Virus record (IMG/VR): IMGVR_UViG_3300029893_000001
Coordinates: 186,001-250,000 of that record
Direction: 5' to 3' (one strand)
Length of the DNA stretch: 64,000 nt
Shown: one piece after another, positions 57,737-64,000 of the stretch
Layout of the letters: each line of letters starts with the position of its first letter
Numbering within the stretch: position 1 is the stretch's first letter
Notes under the pieces: model-generated
The model's database searches: none
What the model saw: only the letters and a program-made list of their open reading frames with translations
What the model was told of the DNA's origin: nothing
Position numbers and translations under genes: made by a program

Positions 57737-59491
57737 CTAAGACTCTTCATCTTCCGAAGAGGGAACGATCCTGCCTTTTTCGTCGAAGACGACAAAGGAT
57801 CGCCAATCTTCACCAGAAGCACTTACATAGGGTCTTCCTGATTCCTTATCAATCAGGACACGAAGCCGGCTTCCAGACTCAGGGGAGCGAAAGGAGGGCC
57901 TCAGGCTCTTTTTGGCCATGAAAACTGCTGTTTCAGTAGCCCACTGCCAAAGGTCGTTGAAGAACTTCTCGAAGGTGAGATCTCCCCGCTCTACGGCAAG
58001 GATTTCTTCTTCAATCTCTGCGCAAAAATCAGGGTCTATTAAATCTGGGGCGGTTCGTCGGACAAAGGTCAGCACCGCCTCTCCCTTTGGAGTTATGCGA
58101 AGAAGGCCTCCTCCCAACGATTCTACGTACGAGTTGTGGTGAAGAAACTCAAGAGCGGGACGGTAGACCCAAGGTCGACCGATAAAGTGGGCATCTAACC
58201 AAGCAACTAACGTACCGTGAGTGTGGCGCTTAGGGGGTTTGGATGTCACTTCGAAAACTGAAGCTTCGACAACTGTGGAATCCGGCTCTAACGGACGAAT
58301 CGTGGGCTCAAACAGCCGCGAGCTAAGCTGATGCCACCCAGGCTCTACGAGCGAAAGACCTTCTGCACGGAAGACCTCTTCATCATCAAGAGCATAAGAA
58401 CAGTTATGCCGCTCAAATTGAGCAGGACGACCCTGAGAACCTAGAGTTCGAAACCAGATAGCCGAATAAATAGACTTCAGGTCTCCTGATAGGTCAAGCT
58501 GAGACGGTGCAAGGGAGATGTGGACTGGACGAATCGCTTCTAGCAACGAGGCAGAAGAAAACGTTGTTGGACTTTTCTCTGCCAGCTCAGCCGCCAACTT
58601 ATGGGTGACATGATCATGGATCCGTCGAGCAGCCTCAGGCGAGAGCCATGTAGAATCGGTGTACGGATAAGTAATTAGTCCCATCTCATACAAAGTGTCA
58701 CACACCCTAACGCAGGTAAGTGCGTCAATCCCATACCTCCAACTAGCAAACTGAATTATGGTGCTAAGAGTAAAGGGAGGTTGAACAGGGGCCAGTTCTC
58801 GTGCAGAGATAAACGCAGGCACTGCTGCTGCAGCTCTGCGCGCGATTTCCTGAGCGCGATTTTCAGACAGCGGTCCTGATTCTGCAGTCGAGCCATCAGA
58901 TAAGAGTGCTCGAACCACGAAGTACGAGTCAGATTTGAATTTTCTAATCTTCCGCTCGACACGAGCAAGCTCAGACAAGAGTGGAATGGCCGTACGATTT
59001 ACTTGTAGGCCCTCACCGAGTCGGGCTGCTAACACCGGAGACAGAGTGAAGTGGACAATCCGATCGGCTGCCTCCCTGGCAAGGTAGCTATTCAACGAAT
59101 TGGTGTTCAATTCTCCCGAGTTTTCTATTGCAGATTTCAAGCTTTCAACGTCCAAAGCCGTCAGTCGAATACGGCGGAACATCTTGTTGGCGTAAGAAGC
59201 AGTGATACTAATCTGATTCGCAATAGCTTCACCTTCGGGTGAAGAATCCGTTGCTGCGTAGACCACGTCAGCACGAGAAACCGCCTTCTTGATTCGTTCG
59301 AACGCCTGGATATTTCGAACCTTCCAAGTGAAGGCCAATGTTTTGGGGTCAATCCCTAATTGTGATTTGGGCAGCCCACAATAGTGTCGGTTACACGACA
59401 CCGCAACCCATCCGTCCAACGACGCTTTTCGGATGAGATCGCTGAAGAATCTCTTCTTCCCCTCAGACTCTACAACGATTAGAGAAGACAT
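57737..59491 (-). CDS. Type IA DNA topoisomerase-like protein with degenerate catalytic motifs
   Basis: LIVVES, ATDSSPEGEAIA, R..ADRIV, PFTLST, LYE.GLITYPYTDS, EAIRP, IGRP, ITPKG; TGATG-coupled to the thioredoxin-like gene. Confidence 0.9.
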   Translation of the reverse strand: MSSLIVVESEGKKRFFSDLIRKASLDGWVAVSCNRHYCGLPKSQLGIDPKTLAFTWKVRNIQAFERIKKAVSRADVVYAATDSSPEGEAIANQISITASYANKMFRRIRLTALDVESLKSAIENSGELNTNSLNSYLAREAADRIVHFTLSPVLAARLGEGLQVNRTAIPLLSELARVERKIRKFKSDSYFVVRALLSDGSTAESGPLSENRAQEIARRAAAAVPAFISARELAPVQPPFTLSTIIQFASWRYGIDALTCVRVCDTLYEMGLITYPYTDSTWLSPEAARRIHDHVTHKLAAELAEKSPTTFSSASLLEAIRPVHISLAPSQLDLSGDLKSIYSAIWFRTLGSQGRPAQFERHNCSYALDDEEVFRAEGLSLVEPGWHQLSSRLFEPTIRPLEPDSTVVEASVFEVTSKPPKRHTHGTLVAWLDAHFIGRPWVYRPALEFLHHNSYVESLGGGLLRITPKGEAVLTFVRRTAPDLIDPDFCAEIEEEILAVERGDLTFEKFFNDLWQWATETAVFMAKKSLRPSFRSPESGSRLRVLIDKESGRPYVSASGEDWRSFVVFDEKGRIVPSSEDEES

Positions 59492-59796
59492 CAAACAAGA
59501 ACCTTGCAAGCAGCGTCAATTACAGCTTCATCAAACAGACCTACAATCTTATGTTGTAGCTTCCCTTTAGCAAAAAGACGTAGTTGAGGTACCCGAACAC
59601 AAGCCAGCTCCTCAGTGGCTTGTGTTCGGGCGGAAACCTCGATAATCACTACCTGAAATCCTGAGGATCTAAGGCGACCCTCAACAGCAAAAAGCATTTG
59701 CCGGGATCTCATGCAAAGCTCATCATCGGGGTCAATGATGAGAACTGCTAGGTTTTCCTTTTGGCGAATTTGACTAAGAATCTGTTCGGCTTGCAT
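59491..59796 (-). CDS. Thioredoxin-fold protein lacking the CxxC motif
   Basis: C-terminal half VRVPQLRLFAKGKLQHKIVG matches Trx 'V.SIPT..F..G.....VG'; active-site position reads DDELC. Confidence 0.75.
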   Translation of the reverse strand: MQAEQILSQIRQKENLAVLIIDPDDELCMRSRQMLFAVEGRLRSSGFQVVIIEVSARTQATEELACVRVPQLRLFAKGKLQHKIVGLFDEAVIDAACKVLV

Positions 59797-59798
59797 AC

Positions 59799-59831
59799 AA
59801 AAGAGGGGCGGTTGATTACCGCCCCTCTTTT
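59799..59831. terminator. Intrinsic terminator hairpin after the SSB gene
   Basis: aaaagaggggcggt-tgatt-accgcccctctttt; perfect 14-bp inverted repeat with A4/T4 ends. Confidence 0.85.
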
Positions 59832-59839
59832 ACATATGC

Positions 59840-60928
59840 TCAGAGATCTCCGAAATCGTCATCGAAGTCATCATCGTCCTCTACCGGCGGACGCTTCTTC
59901 TTCTTCGCCTTAGGCGGAGGAGAATCTTCCTCATCATCGTCATCGTCCTCTACCGGCGGACGCTTCTTTTTAGGTGGAAGCGAGTCTTCGTCGTCCTCGT
60001 CATCTACTGGACGCTTCTTCTTCGCCTTCGGCGGCGGAGGAGAATCCTCCTCCTCCTCGTCGTCGTCCTCGAAGTCGTCGTCCTCTACCGGCGCACGCTT
60101 CTTCTTCGCCTTCGGCGGCGGAGGAGAATCCTCCTCCTCGTCGTCCTCGAAGTCGTCATCGTTCACTGGCTTTCTCTTGGAAGGCTTGCCCGCCGAAGGC
60201 TTAGGAGACTCAAAATCATCCTCGTCATCATCTACTGGACGCTTTTTGGAGCCTTTTCTCGGAAGAGACTCTGTTTCCTCGTCATCCGATTTAGTATCGA
60301 AGTAGCCATGCCTCTTGAGGTCTTCACGAATCTTGTGAATGTCGGGCTCTTGATAGAACTCGTCAAACGAGATAAGCTCAAGAGACGTCTCCTCCTCGGA
60401 CAGAGGAGAGCGATCTCCTTTCTGGACCTGCCACTCTACACCGCCACGCTTCTTACTGCGCTGCTTCTGCAGATGGATATCGCACCCAAGCTTTGGGTGC
60501 GCGATGGACTTAGGCTCGCCTTTGACCATGTTCAGCTTCTTGAGGTCAAGGAGCTGTCGCATGACAGTAGGAGGGACATCCAGTGCTCGAATTGGATCCG
60601 CATCGCCACGATTCTGTGCAGTCCGGTCAATGACATTCATCATGTAACGAACACTAGGGCGCAGGCCCACTTCACAAGCAGGGCATCCTCCCTTTTTCGA
60701 AGAGGATTCGCTATCAGGATCCCAGTTCGCGCAGTCTACGGGATAGCGCTTCTTTTCGCCCGTCTTATTGACGAACTCGATCCAATGTTGTGCGTAACTG
60801 AATACGCCGCCCACGATCCGGAAGGGATACCATTCATCCATCTTGGGTAGCTCAGCTACCGAAATGTCTTCCTTCCAGTTTTTGTCGCGGGTACGAGGGT
60901 TTGTATCATCGAAATCTTTGAGTGCCAC
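59840..60928 (-). CDS. Single-stranded DNA-binding protein (gp32-like) with repetitive acidic/basic tail
   Basis: FRIVG...QHW...C...CPAC...YMMNVIDR...GCDI core with Zn ligands; ~150-aa D/E/K/P tail ending DFDDDFGDL. Confidence 0.8.
   Translation of the reverse strand: MALKDFDDTNPRTRDKNWKEDISVAELPKMDEWYPFRIVGGVFSYAQHWIEFVNKTGEKKRYPVDCANWDPDSESSSKKGGCPACEVGLRPSVRYMMNVIDRTAQNRGDADPIRALDVPPTVMRQLLDLKKLNMVKGEPKSIAHPKLGCDIHLQKQRSKKRGGVEWQVQKGDRSPLSEEETSLELISFDEFYQEPDIHKIREDLKRHGYFDTKSDDEETESLPRKGSKKRPVDDDEDDFESPKPSAGKPSKRKPVNDDDFEDDEEEDSPPPPKAKKKRAPVEDDDFEDDDEEEEDSPPPPKAKKKRPVDDEDDEDSLPPKKKRPPVEDDDDDEEDSPPPKAKKKKRPPVEDDDDFDDDFGDL
59843..60290 (-). repeat. Imperfect coding repeats (about 5-6 units) in the SSB tail
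   Basis: Units such as EEEDSPPPPKAKKKRxPVEDDD; nucleotide motifs tcctctaccggcg and cgcttcttcttcgcctt recur. Confidence 0.9.
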
Positions 60929-60992
60929 GGGTTTTACCTTTTACGTGTCAACGGGTTAAATGGGGACTGTGTACGTATGTACAAAACGAGAT

Positions 60993-62225
60993 TTAGAGGG
61001 CAGATACCTGCCTAAGTCTTTCTGCCTTGACCTTTTGGGGGTCGAGCTTCTGAGAAACATACTCTGTTAGGCCATAGGCCAAACAGACTAGGTTCCGAAG
61101 GTTGTCAGGGAGCGAGTCAAGAAGGACTTTTACAGAATCAGAAGGATCATAATCAAGTGGGTCTGACTGTTCTTCTTGGGATTCAATGATAGAGGAAATA
61201 GGAGTTGAGGATCCATCTGGTTTGAGGGGGTAGTCGAGAGATCGAACCTGTGACGTCCGAACTGTACTATAGATAGCGTCTACATGGCTTCTCGAATACC
61301 CAGAAACACGAGAAAGTTCTTCAGTAGTCAGAGGACCAGACTGAGATTCTTGCTTTAGTCGAATAGCCTCTAACTTAGCGTAGTGTTGCCAGGTGTTCGA
61401 TGATACCCGGATCAAATTAGAGTCTTCTTTCAGGTAGTACAGCATACTTTGCCGTATCCACCACCGAGCGTGACCCACAAATCTCGCGTTTGAGACTTCG
61501 TCGTAAGACGAAATAGCCCGAAGCAAGCCGAAGCTTCCATTCTGGAAACAGTCGAGCGCGTGGTCCTCCGAAACAGCTTGGGCTTTCGCCTGCTTCAGGA
61601 TTACCCTTGAGTATGCGTTGAATACTCGTTCATAGATCTCTTGAAGTGCAGCTAAGCGTTCAGCAATATAGCGAACGATCCCAAAAGCTGTTCTCGGATC
61701 CAGGCGGCAATCCTGTTCTAAATAATGACACGCGGCATCCGCTGCGGACGCTTCCTCTAAGTCGTCGTTCAAATGAGCCAACAAACTTCGGTGGGAGGCT
61801 TCCTGGTACTGAGAAGCCTTAGAGCACCAGTCCTTCAAGAATTGTTCAAACACCATCCGAGTAAGAGGGAGGGCCAGAACAATATCTAGCTGGCGGTCTT
61901 TATCTCCGTCTAATGTGGCAGCCTGCAAGTCCATGCAAGCGCACAAAAAATCAGCCTCTCGCTGCTCCGGGTCCACCGGGACGTCCTTCACGGACCCATC
62001 GATAAAGGCGATCGATCTTCGATAGATTGCTTTATTGCGGTCTAGGTTGGAAGCTACTTCCGCCCCCAGAGCTATTACACCTAGTTGGATGTAATCATTT
62101 TCTCTCAACAGCAAACGAACGCAATCATAGACAAGCAAAGACGCTCGACTGAACAGGGGAAACAATTCTTCTTGGGTAAGCGTATCCCCTGAGTTGACAG
62201 TCTCGATCAACGTCCGCGCAGTCAT
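60993..62225 (-). CDS. Sigma70-family RNA polymerase sigma factor, region 4 degenerate/truncated
   Basis: Region 2 DCFQNGSFGLLRAISSYD...RFVGHARWWIRQSM; region 3 LIRV...T.EELS...SLDYP; start at the TGATG overlap 62225. Confidence 0.88.
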   Translation of the reverse strand: MTARTLIETVNSGDTLTQEELFPLFSRASLLVYDCVRLLLRENDYIQLGVIALGAEVASNLDRNKAIYRRSIAFIDGSVKDVPVDPEQREADFLCACMDLQAATLDGDKDRQLDIVLALPLTRMVFEQFLKDWCSKASQYQEASHRSLLAHLNDDLEEASAADAACHYLEQDCRLDPRTAFGIVRYIAERLAALQEIYERVFNAYSRVILKQAKAQAVSEDHALDCFQNGSFGLLRAISSYDEVSNARFVGHARWWIRQSMLYYLKEDSNLIRVSSNTWQHYAKLEAIRLKQESQSGPLTTEELSRVSGYSRSHVDAIYSTVRTSQVRSLDYPLKPDGSSTPISSIIESQEEQSDPLDYDPSDSVKVLLDSLPDNLRNLVCLAYGLTEYVSQKLDPQKVKAERLRQVSAL

Positions 62226-62686
62226 CAAGTTAGCTGCCTTAGGCGGTCGTTTATAGACACTCTGGGAGATTGCTGACGCAGTCGCTGCATCTCCGTTGAG
62301 TTCGTTGCAAGCAGAGTCTCGGCTAATTTGAGCAAGTGCGGGCATAGTCCTGGTTTCTGGAACCCCCTGAGTTTTTCAGGGATGTCTTCCGGTCCGACTC
62401 TCATGTCTGTGGCCCCCATAGTGTAGAGAGCAGGGGCACATCGTACCTTGAAGTACGCACAGGAACACGAAACTTTAGCGGACGCAGCCGGATCAATCTC
62501 CTCAGAATAAATCCTGATCACGGACTTACGCGGATCCTTTCCCCCGGAAATTACCGCAAGGAATTGGATAAAGTCCCCCAAGTTATCAGACTCTTTACGG
62601 GTTTTGAGGGCCTCAACCTTGTACTCCGTCTTAAAACGACGGCGGTCCGGCTGAGTAACGACCAAAAGCTGACTCAATGTAAGCAT
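62225..62686 (-). CDS. SWIM-type zinc-finger protein
   Basis: KVSCSCAYF...PGLCPHL; paralog of 14609..15385. Confidence 0.75.
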   Translation of the reverse strand: MLTLSQLLVVTQPDRRRFKTEYKVEALKTRKESDNLGDFIQFLAVISGGKDPRKSVIRIYSEEIDPAASAKVSCSCAYFKVRCAPALYTMGATDMRVGPEDIPEKLRGFQKPGLCPHLLKLAETLLATNSTEMQRLRQQSPRVSINDRLRQLT

Positions 62687-62925
62687 TAGATCGAAAACAC
62701 CTTGTTCAAAAGAGAAAGCACAGCCTGTAGCTTTCTAATCGCGAAGCGATTTCTCTGCGATTTCAACGCAAAGGAAATCTTCTCTACAGAAGTGTCATGA
62801 ACCAAAAACGCCAAGATCTGAGCCAGGTAGAAAATGTCTTCGCCCTCATCAAGGCCGTAGTTTTCTTTCAGGTACTTCCGAATCTCCTGAGCTGAAGCTC
62901 CGGTAATTCGATGAGACGTATTCAT
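62686..62925 (-). CDS. Hypothetical protein
   Basis: 79 aa; TAATG overlap with the SWIM gene. Confidence 0.55.
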   Translation of the reverse strand: MNTSHRITGASAQEIRKYLKENYGLDEGEDIFYLAQILAFLVHDTSVEKISFALKSQRNRFAIRKLQAVLSLLNKVFSI

Positions 62926-63052
62926 TACTAAGCCTCTTTGCGACCATGCGCTCGTAACAAACCAAGAGATTTGAATAGTTAGAGTACGGATCCAAGCGGA
63001 ACGCCTGAGCCGCCTTCTGATACCTAAGGTGGATGTCCTCTTCCTTTGTCAT
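62849..63052 (-). CDS. Hypothetical protein
   Basis: 67 aa; starts 2 nt after the DUF2400 stop but overlaps the next gene by 77 nt. Confidence 0.4.
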   Translation of the reverse strand: MTKEEDIHLRYQKAAQAFRLDPYSNYSNLLVCYERMVAKRLSNEYVSSNYRSFSSGDSEVPERKLRP

Positions 63053-63053
63053 G

Positions 63054-63869
63054 TTACAGTTCGTCCCAGGCCCCCATGGAAAAGAGCAAGAAGTCGTACT
63101 TCAAAGGGTCACGTGAATCAAGCTGAAGTAGACTATGGGTGATATCTTCGGCGCATCTCCAGGTGCTACCAGATCTTGCCGTCAATCCCAGCTTAAAACT
63201 CACCCTGCGGACGTGTGTGTCGAGTGGAACAATTAGCTTGTCCAAAGATATACCAGACCACAACCCTAAGTCTACCTCGTCTTTCCTGAACATCCATCTC
63301 ATCAACATGTTCAAGCGCTTACACGCCCCTCCCGCGGCAGGGTTTGGCAACAAGTAGGCAAACCCTGCCGACCCTCCTGAAGGAGCGCCACACCCAGAGA
63401 AGTCGAGGGTACGCAGAGTCCTCACAAAAGAGGTAAGTTGTGTTTTGGTCAAAGAAGGGGCAGTAGGGCAGGCATCCGCAACCAACACGCTCTCCAAAGA
63501 ACCAAAAACTTGAAGTACATGCTGCACAGAAAAGAGCAAGCACCTCAAATCCTCTGGCTTGTTGAATCTATAGCAAAACCAGTCAAAGCTTCTCTTATAC
63601 CCGCCACTCATCACAAAGTCATAGGGAGAAGAACCCATCTCCTGAAGTATCTTAGACACCACAGGAATGAACACCTTCCTCTGCCCGTAAGCAAGCGATG
63701 AAGCAATCAGTGCGACGACCTCTGCATCGTGAGGAGAATGGGCATAAGGATAAACAAGTCCAACAGGGTCCTCCTTCTCAGCGTGAAGGCGGAGTGACGT
63801 CCCCAAAGAGGCGAGGCGCCCGTCGAGAAGATCTCGAAGGCGCCCCAATTGCGTCTGATTCAGCTTCAT
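63054..63869 (-). CDS. TIGR02757/DUF2400 family protein (HhH-GPD glycosylase-like)
   Basis: DP...D.E..ALIASSLAYG, YRF, ACKRLNM.MRWM.R.D.VDLGLW, LIVPLDTHV, DPLKYDF.LF motifs. Confidence 0.88.
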   Translation of the reverse strand: MKLNQTQLGRLRDLLDGRLASLGTSLRLHAEKEDPVGLVYPYAHSPHDAEVVALIASSLAYGQRKVFIPVVSKILQEMGSSPYDFVMSGGYKRSFDWFCYRFNKPEDLRCLLFSVQHVLQVFGSLESVLVADACPTAPSLTKTQLTSFVRTLRTLDFSGCGAPSGGSAGFAYLLPNPAAGGACKRLNMLMRWMFRKDEVDLGLWSGISLDKLIVPLDTHVRRVSFKLGLTARSGSTWRCAEDITHSLLQLDSRDPLKYDFLLFSMGAWDEL

Positions 63870-64000
63870 GAAGCCATACGAGCAGGCGAAACTAGGTCAA
63901 CTACCTCGCAGGTTCCGCCGGCACAAGCCAGGGTCTGAGACCCTGATGTATTGTCGTTGGTCTCGTAGTCTTGGAGCGCCGCCCAATCCACTGTTTTTGG
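63866..64000 (-). CDS. Ribonucleotide reductase catalytic subunit, C-terminal fragment (class II/NrdJ-like tail)
   Basis: Hand translation PKTVDWAALQDYETNDNTSGSQTLACAGGTCEVVDL...*; C-terminal CxxxxC redox pair; ATGA overlap with DUF2400. Class cannot be fixed from 44 aa. Confidence 0.8.
   Translation of the reverse strand, partial: PKTVDWAALQDYETNDNTSGSQTLACAGGTCEVVDLVSPARMAS

Noticed and set aside
59843-60290. Classical NLS-like motifs as evidence of a eukaryotic virus
   Set aside because: A sigma factor, SD sites, baseplate genes and an M23 peptidase indicate a bacteriophage; basic runs are expected in such low-complexity tails.
465-63701. All plus-strand ORFs and nested short minus-strand ORFs in the track
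   Set aside because: They are shadows of longer minus-strand genes that tile the window with coupled starts and stops; no recognisable motifs.
1-64000. Stop-codon reassignment, introns, inteins, tRNAs
   Set aside because: Long ORFs are intact in the standard code with TAA, TAG and TGA all used as stops. No intein or homing endonuclease motifs were noticed, and intergenic gaps are nearly all too short for tRNAs (by eye only).

Overview
A 64-kb segment of a large contractile-tailed bacteriophage (myovirus-like, probably a jumbo phage). Every credible gene is on the minus strand, tightly packed with frequent ATGA/TGATG/TAATG overlaps, in the standard genetic code. Read in the direction of transcription (64000 to 1), the window holds three blocks. 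(1) A replication/recombination block: the C-terminus of a ribonucleotide reductase, a TIGR02757/DUF2400 protein, a SWIM zinc-finger gene coupled to a sigma70-family factor with a degenerate region 4, a gp32-like SSB with a repetitive charge-blocked tail, a terminator, a thioredoxin-fold protein lacking CxxC, a type IA topoisomerase with several altered catalytic motifs, RecA/UvsX, an SbcD/Mre11 nuclease and an NDT-like protein. (2) About 44 kb of baseplate and tail-fibre genes: hub with an M23 peptidase, spike, gp25-like and J-like wedge proteins, several paralogous fibre families, a Dps-like gene, membrane/lysis candidates and a second SWIM gene. (3) A 1402-aa SNF2 ATPase and the N-terminal part of a family A DNA polymerase fused to an intact family-4 uracil-DNA glycosylase; this gene is missing from the ORF track because it runs off the window edge. 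The best candidate for an undescribed system is the SSB / degenerate thioredoxin / degenerate topoisomerase IA / RecA cluster, followed by the SWIM-sigma pair. I saw no tRNA, CRISPR, integrase, reverse transcriptase, capsid, sheath or terminase genes. All assignments are motif recognition by eye; no searches were run.
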